Of a stretch of 42,161 nt of DNA, positions 1 to 8,500 are shown piece by piece. The notes beneath the pieces were generated by a model. The model ran no database searches, had not been told where the DNA came from, and saw only the letters and a list, made by a program, of their open reading frames with translations. Numbering within the stretch: the stretch's first letter is position 1; every line of letters starts with the position of its first letter. The position numbers and the translations under genes were made by a program. Source of the DNA: Verrucomicrobiales bacterium (GTDB lineage: Bacteria; Verrucomicrobiota; Verrucomicrobiia; Limisphaerales; UBA1100); the NCBI GenBank assembly GCA_038139415.1, contig JAYOSV010000002.1, forward strand, positions 1 through 42,161, read 5' to 3'.

Positions 1-18
1 CCGGCCAGCGCAAAGAAG

Positions 19-70
19 AACCCCGCCGAACCGATTCCTATCCCGGAAATCTGTGAAGCTCAGCGGGGCT
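19..70 (-). other. Long nested stem-loop (candidate structured RNA or terminator)
   Basis: On the minus strand agccccgctgagc pairs with ggttcggcggggtt (13 bp with G-U pairs that work only on the minus strand). Inner stem gatttc/ggaatc; followed by cttcttt. Confidence 0.4.
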
Positions 71-179
71 AACCATTAACCTAATACCGGTCCGCACGTT
101 TCCTGCCGGGTGTCAAAAAACATGTGGATGCGTGGCGGGCAGTTATAATGGTTGCAGAGGGAAACCTCCTCAGCCTTTT

Positions 180-356
180 TCATTCAGCCGAAACTTCGAT
201 CCACAAAATGTTTCCGCCGGAGATTTCTGCAGTGAGAGTCAAAGGGCGGCAGCACACTTCGCAATCAGAAATAACGGTCTGTATGCCATCTGTTTCGTCT
301 AAAGCAACTGCTGTGGGTTCTCCGCAAAAACAGCATTGAACGGAGGCATTAGGCAT
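180..356 (-). CDS. CPXCG-motif-like small cysteine-rich protein (58 aa, not in ORF track)
   Basis: Manual translation MPNASVQCCFCGEPTAVALDETDGIQTVISDCEVCCRPLTLTAEISGGNILWIEVSAE*. CxxCG and DCEVCCRP motifs are typical of the Cys_rich_CPXG family. Confidence 0.85.
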   Translation of the reverse strand: MPNASVQCCFCGEPTAVALDETDGIQTVISDCEVCCRPLTLTAEISGGNILWIEVSAE

Positions 357-526
357 TACGCCCCAACCCTACGCCGCCTCGCCCGAATTTCCAGCCTTTG
401 GTTAGACTCCTTTCTGCAGGCATTTAACCTTTGTTGGCATCAGGTTTAAAGCGCCTCAGAAAAGATCCTCAGGCTAATGCGATAGCGTGCTTGCGCGAGG
501 TGAGAGTAGGGGGTTAGGGTTGGTTA

Positions 527-940
527 GTGGCTGACCCTCAAAAACCCCAATACAAAAAGAATTGGTGTCCCAAATGCAAAGCTCACTCTGAATACGTAAA
601 GAAACGTGTTCAGCGAGGTGTCGGAGATTATATTAGTACTGGAACAGTCTATGACTGCGTAGACTGTAATAAACGGATGTATGTTCCTCGGGATTACAAA
701 TTATCAAGCCAAGGAAAAACTGTGGGCCGTTTGTGCGTTTATTTTACGGTAGCCTTAACAGGCCTCTATTGGCTTGATCTAGTTTTGAAAAGGGAGATTG
801 AAGAGGTGGCAATGTTCATATCGGGTATTGTTGGCCTTGTATTTATTGGCGTTCCAGCCGGAATTGCCATTTGGTCTACCGTGAAACATGCGAATTGGGT
901 AAAGTGGGCTAAGGAGCGTGGTTGGGAAGAGAGAGACTAA
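527..940 (+). CDS. Hypothetical Zn-ribbon membrane protein
   Basis: 137 aa, GTG start. CPKC...CVDC pair followed by two hydrophobic segments; terminator directly downstream. Confidence 0.7.
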   Translation: MADPQKPQYKKNWCPKCKAHSEYVKKRVQRGVGDYISTGTVYDCVDCNKRMYVPRDYKLSSQGKTVGRLCVYFTVALTGLYWLDLVLKREIEEVAMFISGIVGLVFIGVPAGIAIWSTVKHANWVKWAKERGWEERD

Positions 941-965
941 CCACCACCATTCTATAGATTAAAAG

Positions 966-993
966 AGCGCCCCTTTTAGAGGGCGTTTTTTTT
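966..993 (+). terminator. Intrinsic terminator after 527..940
   Basis: gcgccc/gggcgt stem followed by a run of T. Confidence 0.7.
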
Positions 994-1019
994 GACACCC
1001 AGATTATGTTCAGCATATT
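992..1019 (+). promoter_or_regulatory. Putative sigma70-like promoter, copy 1
   Basis: TTGACA-N16-CATATT; near-duplicate at 1121..1148. Confidence 0.5.
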
Positions 1020-1025
1020 AGAATT

Positions 1026-1122
1026 ACTTAGTGAAGGGAAAGGCCCCTCTTCTTAAGTTGGGACTCAGGGGCCGCAGCAAAAGCCTCTCCGTGCGTCCAA
1101 CGCGCCGCGGGGAGGCTTTTTT
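1026..1122 (+). ncRNA. Putative small RNA, unit 1
   Basis: Lies between promoter copy 1 and a terminator. 5' hairpin ggcccct/aggggcc (1042-1073); no credible ORF. 5' end is an estimate. Confidence 0.4.
1079..1122 (+). terminator. Intrinsic terminator, copy 1
   Basis: aaaagcctctccgtg...cgcggggaggctttttt. Confidence 0.7.
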
Positions 1123-1148
1123 GACGCCCGGCTTCTGGTCGGCATATT
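1121..1148 (+). promoter_or_regulatory. Putative sigma70-like promoter, copy 2
   Basis: TTGACG-N16-CATATT; 26/32 identical to copy 1 when the upstream T run is included. Confidence 0.5.
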
Positions 1149-1154
1149 GAATGA

Positions 1155-1239
1155 TAGAGATGGAACCACGGTTGTCATATTATCTGTGGAACCTCTCGGA
1201 AGCCTCTCCGCAACATACCGGGCGCGGGGGGGCTTTTTT
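1155..1239 (+). ncRNA. Putative small RNA, unit 2
   Basis: 5' hairpin agag..ccacgg/ctgtgg..ctct followed by terminator copy 2. 5' end is an estimate. Confidence 0.4.
1200..1239 (+). terminator. Intrinsic terminator, copy 2
   Basis: aagcctctccgc...gcgggggggctttttt; same stem as copy 1 with a different loop. Confidence 0.7.
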
Positions 1240-1370
1240 AATGGGGGGGCTATAGATTTTGAAATTAAGCAACTCCTCTAACTGCATGAGCTTTTACGAC
1301 CCTTTTGGGGCCCCACCAACGCGCTCAAGGACTTTTACGGGGAGGGAAAACTACCCCAGCCTTTTTTATA

Positions 1371-2141
1371 TCACTTGCGTTGCTGGTCAAACATCCATTG
1401 ATAAAAGTCAGCATCGGAAAAGGCTTTGCGACCGGCTCCGTGACCTTCATCGGGGTATAGCTTAAGGCGCGCCTGTTTTCCTCCCGCTTTTTGAATAGCA
1501 TCAATCATTCGCTGAGAGCGTTCCGCGGGCACTACACGATCTTTTACTCCGGCAAACGCGTATACTGGAATCTTAGAAAGATTAGCCGCCCATTTATTGA
1601 GATCGGGGGTTACGTCCTTTGGACCGCCCGGTCCAATCCCTCCCGATACGGGCGCGATCGCAGCAAAATGCTCCGGATGTAGTCCTCCCCATGTCCACGA
1701 ACCGTAACCGCCCATGCTGTTACCGGTAAGGTAGATTCTATTACCATCCACCTCGAGTGAAGTCTTAAGGTGTTTTAGGAGTAAGTTCAAATGTTCCGGA
1801 ATCCACCCCCCGGGCTGACGGTTTTTTCGGCTAACCTGCGGGGCCACGACAAGGCAGGGGTTTTTTTTGTATTGTGTGACACCACGTACGATTTGGCTGA
1901 TTTGGCCTTTGATCTTTTGGATGTCGTCTCCAACTCCACCCGCCCCATGAAGGTAAATCACCAAAGGTACAGGCTTGGTTGGTTTGGGTTTGGGGTAATA
2001 AACAAGATACTCAGGATTCAAGGTCCTAGCTTGGGCAGATAGTTTTTCGCCCATTTTTTCTGCCGCAATATGTTGACCCTGCAGGCTGTAAGCCACTATG
2101 CAGCAGACTAGTGCTACCAATGAAAATGAAAAACGCTTCAT
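1371..2141 (-). CDS. Secreted alpha/beta hydrolase (predicted esterase/peptidase, phospholipase-carboxylesterase-like)
   Basis: Signal peptide; YLHGAG; nucleophile motif GNSMGG; D (KDRVV) and H (EGH) complete a triad. Confidence 0.85.
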   Translation of the reverse strand: MKRFSFSLVALVCCIVAYSLQGQHIAAEKMGEKLSAQARTLNPEYLVYYPKPKPTKPVPLVIYLHGAGGVGDDIQKIKGQISQIVRGVTQYKKNPCLVVAPQVSRKNRQPGGWIPEHLNLLLKHLKTSLEVDGNRIYLTGNSMGGYGSWTWGGLHPEHFAAIAPVSGGIGPGGPKDVTPDLNKWAANLSKIPVYAFAGVKDRVVPAERSQRMIDAIQKAGGKQARLKLYPDEGHGAGRKAFSDADFYQWMFDQQRK

Positions 2142-2223
2142 GCGCGAGACTCTATTGCATTAGATCAAACAAAATCAACGATCAAGGCGGCAGTATGGAA
2201 TGCAATGCTGCCAACTGATCATA

Positions 2224-3183
2224 TTAAGGAGTGGTGGTGGGGTGGTAGATGGGGGCGAGTTGTCGGAGGATTTGTTCGAGCTCGGCGTAGTAGGTGTCGG
2301 GCTCCAGTGTGGCTTTGCGGGCGCGGAGTCGGGCGAGATCGAGATCGAGAGTGTCGCGGCGGACCCGTTGGGCTGCGGTGAGGGTCCGTTCGGCGGGGCT
2401 GGGCACGAGGTGTAGCTGATGGGCGCGCAGTCCGTCGGGCAGGAGCTTGGGATCGGCGCTTTCCTGAGTGACGCGAATCCCGCGAAACCATTCGGGCGGC
2501 GTGCCTTTGCCATCGCCATTATCATCGAGCAGGGCGTGCTCGGGGCTGAGCCGGTTTTCGTTTTTGTAAAACTCAGCGGTTTGGCGGGTGGCGGTGAGCC
2601 AAGCCTCAAGCAGGGAAGTTTGGCCGTCCTTATCCAAATCCGCTGTGGGGCTGGCAATGGCCAGGGAGAGGTAGCCGCCCAGTCGGCAGAAATTGCGTTC
2701 GGCGCCGCTGCGGGTGGCGGTGAGGATGACGCGATTGGGGCCGCTCAGGGTATTGAGGAAGGGGGCGCTGGAGGAGGCGCAGTTGATCACGGCGATGGGG
2801 CGTTGGCTCTTGGCCAGCCAAGTCTTCAGTTCGGCGGCGGTCAGGTCCGGGCCGTGCAGGTTGAACTTGGCCGTCTTGCCATCAAACGTGCCGTGACCAA
2901 TGAGCACGAGCCAGAGGGGTGTTTGGCCGGTTTGGGTTTCGATGGCCAATCGCGTTTTCAGATCGGCGGCCTGCTTGGAGCTAGCTTGAATTTCATGATA
3001 CGCGGCGTCACCCTGTGTGGCGGCGGTTTTCCAGTGGGCGGTCCACTGGGCAAATTGTGCCTGGTACTCGGTCGTGCCGGGTGCGCCGGTAACGACAATG
3101 ACAGTGGGGCGATCAGCGGCCGTGAGACACGGGACGATCAACCACAAGATCAGGACAAGCGCGGGGATACGGGGGGGAATCAT
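2224..3183 (-). CDS. Exported caspase/legumain-fold (clan CD-like) hypothetical protein
   Basis: Start reassigned to ATG 3183 (MIPPRIPALV, signal peptide, ATGA overlap with the upstream stop). Motifs LIGHG, VINCASSSAPF, RVILTAT and ADLDKDGQTSLLEA. Confidence 0.7.
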   Translation of the reverse strand: MIPPRIPALVLILWLIVPCLTAADRPTVIVVTGAPGTTEYQAQFAQWTAHWKTAATQGDAAYHEIQASSKQAADLKTRLAIETQTGQTPLWLVLIGHGTFDGKTAKFNLHGPDLTAAELKTWLAKSQRPIAVINCASSSAPFLNTLSGPNRVILTATRSGAERNFCRLGGYLSLAIASPTADLDKDGQTSLLEAWLTATRQTAEFYKNENRLSPEHALLDDNGDGKGTPPEWFRGIRVTQESADPKLLPDGLRAHQLHLVPSPAERTLTAAQRVRRDTLDLDLARLRARKATLEPDTYYAELEQILRQLAPIYHPTTTP

Positions 3184-5501
3184 GGGAGACCTTTTCGGCG
3201 GCGGAGGAACCATTCTGTGACAAAACAAAGCAGGGCGAGCAGGAAGATGGGGCCCTGATGCCAGAGCGGTACATGGCGGATTTCCGTGACGGGCGCGCGC
3301 AGGGCGGGCAGGTCCGCGGCGAATTCCCTGAGATTCTCCAGCTGAATCACGCGGCCGCCCGTGCGTTGCGCGAGATCCGCCATGAGGGCGGCGTTGGGAG
3401 CCAGAGATCGGTATTCGGCCGCGGCATGGTCGGTGGCCCAACCTGCTTGGCGTCGGCCCAATAGTTGGCCGGTTTCATCCTGAACATCGGCTTCCACAAG
3501 GTAACGGCCATTGGTACGCGGTAGGTAGTGCGATTGGTAGAGGCCGGCTTGATCTGGCTCGGCTTCGGCCTGAAGTTCGACGAATTGATCACCACCCAGC
3601 GGCTTGACGGTGAGTTGGACCTGCGCATTGTCCAGCGGCGCAAAGGCGGGGTCATGGGCGCGCACGTTGATTTGCCGGCCGGCTCCTTCGTTGCCTTCTA
3701 GTGTGGCGAGATCAAACGGCACGGGGACATCGGCCACCAGCCAGCGGATCATCTGGCGCCAGGCCTTGTCGAGATCCTCACGCTCGGTCTCGCCCTTGAG
3801 TCCCCACCGCCAGAAATCGCCCAGTAGCACCGAGGCCACGCGGCCGCGGCCCAAGGTGTGAGTCACCAGCGCCGGTTCGGAGGCCTGATTGCCGGTGGCC
3901 ACGGTGGCCAGCACGTTGGCGCCTGGTTTCTTACCGCGCACGCGGTTGAGTGAAACAAACTCGGTCATCTCCCCGAGCCGCGCGCGATCGGCGGCTTCAT
4001 TATCGCGCAGGCGTACCCACGGCTGCAGCCAGCCATCGCGCGTGAGGGAATATTTCAGATTATTCAAAGGCGCGACATCGTCGGGGCGGTCGAGATAAAC
4101 CGGCAAGAGACTGCCGACCGGCGTGCGTGCGTATTCGCCCTGACGAAAGGATTCCTGTCCGCCCAACATCAGAAAACCGCCGCCGCGTTCGCTGACAAAG
4201 CGGTGGAGCAGGGCGTGTTGGGCCGGCGTGAAAAAGGCGGACTCCAGGTCATCGATGATTACCGCGCTGTATTGAAACAATTCCTCGGCCTCGGTGGGGA
4301 AGCCGGTTTTCAACTCATCCGCATCAGCGGTGTTCAGCCGCACGAGCACGGGTTGATCGTAATCGCCGACATCTTGTCCGGACCCGCGCGCCAGCGGATT
4401 GGCGTTCTCGCCCTTGCGCCCCTTGAACTCGAATTTTGCCTCCTTGCGCGCCACACGGATCAGGCCCACGAGATCGACCTGTTCATCCTCGGACACGGCG
4501 CGTTGGAGAAACTTATATTCCCAGTTGGGTCGACCCGCGAGATACAGCACGCGGTACGGACCGCCGCCGCGGTCGATGACCACCACGCGTTGGTTATTGG
4601 CCTGAGTGGCTTCGGGCGCATCGCCTTCAGTCGCCACGTTCAGGCGGTAAAACAAAATGCCTTTGACCGTCGGCCGCACTTTGAAGCGGAAGGTTAGCTC
4701 GGCGTTGTCGTTAGTTGCGCGGCGGGTTAGTTGCTTGATTGTGACCGCTTCCTTACCGGTGGAATCGAGCAACTCCAATGAGGCCGTGATGTCCTCATCC
4801 TCGCAGCCGCGTGCGGTGACTTGAGCGATGATGGACACGGGCGCATCTTCAAAGGCGGTTTGCGTGGGCGTCACAGTGCCCAGGGCCACATCGCGCTGCG
4901 GAGCGGCGTTGCCCATCAGCACGGGATACACCGGCGGCAATCCCTCGAGCTGGGCCAGGGTGTCATCGAGATCGGTAGCCACGCCATCAGTAAACACCAC
5001 AATGCCGGCTAGCGGTTGGCCACGATAGCGTCGGGCGACCGTGCGCAAGGATTCGCCCAAACGGGAGGAATGACCGGTAAAGGTGAGTCTCTCAAAGTCG
5101 GTGACATTGCGCAGGCCTGCATCGAAGGCGTAGCGTTTCAGGTCGAAATCATTGGCCAACTGCGCCTGCCAGTTGTTGACCTGCAGGGCGAGTGTGTCCT
5201 GCAGGATTTCCGCGCGCGGTCGGGATTCGCCTGCACCGGTGATGTTCATGCCTTCGCTGGTATCGGCCAGCAACGCGAGCCGGTTGGCACCGGTCTTGGC
5301 ACGTTCCTGGCTGGCCATGGGGTCGAGTAGGCAGAGCAGCAGCAGGAGTAGGCCGAGACATTTAAGCCCCATGCAAGCACCGCGGATATGGCGGTCCATG
5401 GAGGCGCCGCGGTAGGCCCACCAAACCGTGGCCAAGCCCACCGCCAGCCAGAGAGCGGCGGGGAGCAACCAGGCTTTGCCTGCCAGATATACGGATTCCA
5501 T
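3180..5501 (-). CDS. Membrane-anchored vWA plus class I glutamine-amidotransferase-like domain protein
   Basis: Two N-terminal TMs; DTSEGM and FTDG vWA-like motifs; GRPNWEYKFL; RGGGFLMLGG; C-terminal TM EWFLRRRKGL. Confidence 0.8.
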   Translation of the reverse strand: MESVYLAGKAWLLPAALWLAVGLATVWWAYRGASMDRHIRGACMGLKCLGLLLLLLCLLDPMASQERAKTGANRLALLADTSEGMNITGAGESRPRAEILQDTLALQVNNWQAQLANDFDLKRYAFDAGLRNVTDFERLTFTGHSSRLGESLRTVARRYRGQPLAGIVVFTDGVATDLDDTLAQLEGLPPVYPVLMGNAAPQRDVALGTVTPTQTAFEDAPVSIIAQVTARGCEDEDITASLELLDSTGKEAVTIKQLTRRATNDNAELTFRFKVRPTVKGILFYRLNVATEGDAPEATQANNQRVVVIDRGGGPYRVLYLAGRPNWEYKFLQRAVSEDEQVDLVGLIRVARKEAKFEFKGRKGENANPLARGSGQDVGDYDQPVLVRLNTADADELKTGFPTEAEELFQYSAVIIDDLESAFFTPAQHALLHRFVSERGGGFLMLGGQESFRQGEYARTPVGSLLPVYLDRPDDVAPLNNLKYSLTRDGWLQPWVRLRDNEAADRARLGEMTEFVSLNRVRGKKPGANVLATVATGNQASEPALVTHTLGRGRVASVLLGDFWRWGLKGETEREDLDKAWRQMIRWLVADVPVPFDLATLEGNEGAGRQINVRAHDPAFAPLDNAQVQLTVKPLGGDQFVELQAEAEPDQAGLYQSHYLPRTNGRYLVEADVQDETGQLLGRRQAGWATDHAAAEYRSLAPNAALMADLAQRTGGRVIQLENLREFAADLPALRAPVTEIRHVPLWHQGPIFLLALLCFVTEWFLRRRKGLP

Positions 5502-5527
5502 TAGCCTATCAGGGTGGTGGGCGCCGG

Positions 5528-8500
5528 TTATTTGCCTTCGCCCAATCGCTCGTAATATTTTTCCACCAAATCACTGAAGCGACTGGGCACGGGGTCGCGG
5601 TCGATCGGCACGAGAGCACGGTCGGACTCGGACTTGGCCAGTTCTTCGGCGAGGGTGCGGCGGGCTTCATCGAGCGGTTTTAAAATCTTTTTCTCCACCA
5701 AATCCCACTCGGGCTCCTTGCTGTTGCGACGGAACTCGGTGTTCAGCTTGCGGATGTCTTCGCGGATCTGGGCCACCTGCTCGCGGACTTCAGGGCGGTC
5801 AACGGCTTCCTCCACATCGCGCAGACGATCGGTCCATTCACGATGGTGCCCGCCGGTGATGGGGTTCTGGCCGCGTTCACTAGGGTTGAAACCTTTTTCC
5901 AAAAACGAAGACGGCCCGGTTTGTGGTTGTTGACCGGCTTGTTGGGCTTGTGAATTTGGTGGGGTCGGTTGGTTGGGCTGATTGGGCTGATCTTGCGGGT
6001 TTGGCTTTTGGTTGGGTTGGCCGGCCTGTTCGTTGGGGGAGTTTGGCTGATTCGCCTTCGGGTCGCCTTGGGCCGGTTTATTTTGGGCATTCGGTTGTTC
6101 GCCGTTCGGGTCGCCTTTCTGTTGGCCGGGTTTTCCCTGTTGCGGCTTGGTGGCGGCTTGTTCATTCGGCTTTTTGCCGGTGGCTTCGGCCTTTTCGTTC
6201 TTGAGCGCTTCGCTGAGTTCGCCCAGTTGTTGCTCGGCGAATTTGAGGGCTTCGGTTTCATTGCCGAGCACGCTTTCGGCGGCTTGTTCGACGCCTTTCT
6301 TCAGGTCATTGAGTTTACGTTGGCCTTGGTCGCTGAGGGTCTTGGAGGCCTGCCGGAAATCCCGTTGGCGCAGCTGGTCGATGAGCTTTTGCTTGTCCGG
6401 ATCTTTATCCATGATCTCGTCGAGCGTGCGCAGGAGTTGATTGTTGCGGAGGGCGTCTTCCTTCTGTTCAAGCAGCGTGGCGGCGGCCTTGAGGGATTTG
6501 TCGGCCTGATCCTGATGCGCCTCACGGAATGTTTCGTATAGCTTCCGGTTAAGCAATGGCTCGGCGATCTCAGATTTCTCAACAACGTTTTTCATGTCCT
6601 CCAACAGGTTCTCGAGTTTCTTTTGCTGATCATTGAGTTCCTTGGTGATCTCCTTCTGGTTGTCGGTGCCGGTGAGCGATTTACGGGGTTCGTTTTTCTT
6701 TTCGGCCTGATCTAGCTTGTTGCTGAGTTCTTTTTGTTTCTCGGATAACTCGCGGGCGTCCCGGCGCATGGTCCGCATTTCCTCGGCGAATTGGTTGGAG
6801 GTTTTTTCGCGGAGATCATCGCGCATTTCCTGCAAGTCCTTCTGGGCGCGCGTGGAGTTGGAAATGGCCTGAGACAGCTGCCCCTTCTGCATTTGCTCGG
6901 CGGCCTCATTCATTTGCTGACGGGTCTGCTCCAGTTGCTGACGTTGAGGCTGCATCTCGGCGCGGTTCTCAGGCTTCTCCATGCGTTGGTTTAACTCATC
7001 GAGGTCGGCCAGATTCTGGCGCTGCTCCTCGCGGAGCCGTTTGAGTTGGCGTTCGATTTCCTCTTTTGCCTTGGCGGTCTCGGCGGCGCGCAGGGCGCTT
7101 TCGAGTTCCTTGAGTTTTTCATTGAGATCCTGCTGGCGCTGGGCGAGATCACGCAGTCGGCTGAGCACCTGCAATTGCTCGCGCTGCTTGGGTTCCTCCA
7201 GCTTGCGGGCCTGTCGCTCGGTTTCGTAGCGGTCTTCCTGTTTACGCAGATCCAGTTGATCCAATTGGCTCTGGGCGCGCTGATTGGATTGCTGTTGTTG
7301 TTGCTGGCTGGATTGTTGTTGCTGCTGTTGGCTGACCTGGAACTCATGGGCTTGTAGGCGGAGCAGGGACTGGTAGGCGGCCTGTTCCGCGGCGAGTGCG
7401 GGCATCAAGGCAGCGGCTTCCTGCGTGGCCTCGGTGAGTTCGTTTACGGCGCGTTCCATGTGAGCGACCACGGCCTTGATGTGTTCGGTGGCTTTTTCGT
7501 CGCTGCTTTTATCCAGGAGTACACGCGCCTTGGTCAGGGCTTCGGTTTGGCCCTCAATCAATACGGGCGCGTCCTTGGCCAAAGTGGCGGGTTGGCGGCG
7601 GAGTTTCCAGGTGGCGTTGATGATTTGTTTCTGCAGCTTGATCAGTTCCTCGGTCTGTTGATTGGGGGATTGCTGTTGCTGTTGTTGCTGCTGTTGTTGC
7701 TGGCTGGGATCACCTTGACGAAAGATTTGCTCGAAGGGTCGGATCTCGGCAAAGAACATATCGCTGTAAGCGCGGCGCGGTTGGCCGTCGGGCCCGGTGT
7801 CTTCGGCCCAGAAGAACCAGTTGATGAGTTGATCCGGTTCCACTTCAAGGGTTTCCAGCGCTAGCAGGTGGCGGGCGAAGGCCTTGGTGTTGCCGGGAGC
7901 GGGTTGGCCGAGGGGAATCTCCTGCATTTCGCCGCCGTTGATGTTGTAGGTGAGACCGTAGCGACCGAGGCCGAAGTCGTCCTCTATTTCGGCGGCGTAA
8001 TCGACTTCCTCCAGCGGCGACACCTGCTGATCGCCATCGGGGCTGCTGACGCGAATGACAGGCGGTTTGTTGGCGTATACCGAAACCTCAATTCGCGGCG
8101 CGATTTTGTTTTGGCGGCCGGCCGCATCCGTGAGCTCGAGTTTCCAGGATTGGGTTTGGGTTAGCGCCAACGGCGGCAACTCGGCCAATGGCTGACCGGC
8201 ATGGACCTTGAGGTCGATGGACTGGTCATCAGGGCCGACGAGACGCGCACTTTGCACTGGTTTGTTGAGGTGGAAGCGGTAGGAGAGTTGTGTGCCCTCC
8301 ACGGCGCTGAGGCGGCGGGTGTCTTCCACGGTTCGGCTGGGTAACCGGGTGTAGGAGGGGTATTCCAGCGCGGCATCGGCGCGGTCGAGCGTGGGGAACT
8401 CGAACACGTTCACCTGATAGGTTTCGGATTGCTCGCCATCGTATTCCACGTGAAAGGAAAACGCCTGATCCACGATGGGCAGGGTGGCGCCGAAGATGGG

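Noticed and set aside
124..339. 71-aa plus-strand ORF
   Set aside because: Antisense shadow of the motif-bearing Cys-rich gene at 180..356.
507..529. G-rich tract resembling a telomeric or G-quadruplex repeat
   Set aside because: Only one TTAGGG and irregular G runs; more simply part of a promoter (TAGGGT) before the GTG start.
960..1240. CRISPR array or tRNA interpretation of the repeats
   Set aside because: Only two degenerate units with promoter/terminator features; no cas genes and no cloverleaf or T-loop motif.
1151..1255. 34-codon ORF MIEMEPRL... across cassette 2
   Set aside because: Runs through a terminator, has no counterpart in unit 1, and shows no recognisable features.
2419..3258. 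279-aa plus-strand ORF and many similar antisense ORFs across 2.2-17.5 kb
   Set aside because: Shadow ORFs of GC-rich genes whose real strand carries family motifs.
3184..3441. N-terminal extensions in the ORF track (also 13240-13368, 16558-16635, 30357-30524, 31681-31752)
   Set aside because: They overlap upstream genes. Downstream ATGs give signal peptides, coupled stop/start junctions or short intergenic gaps.
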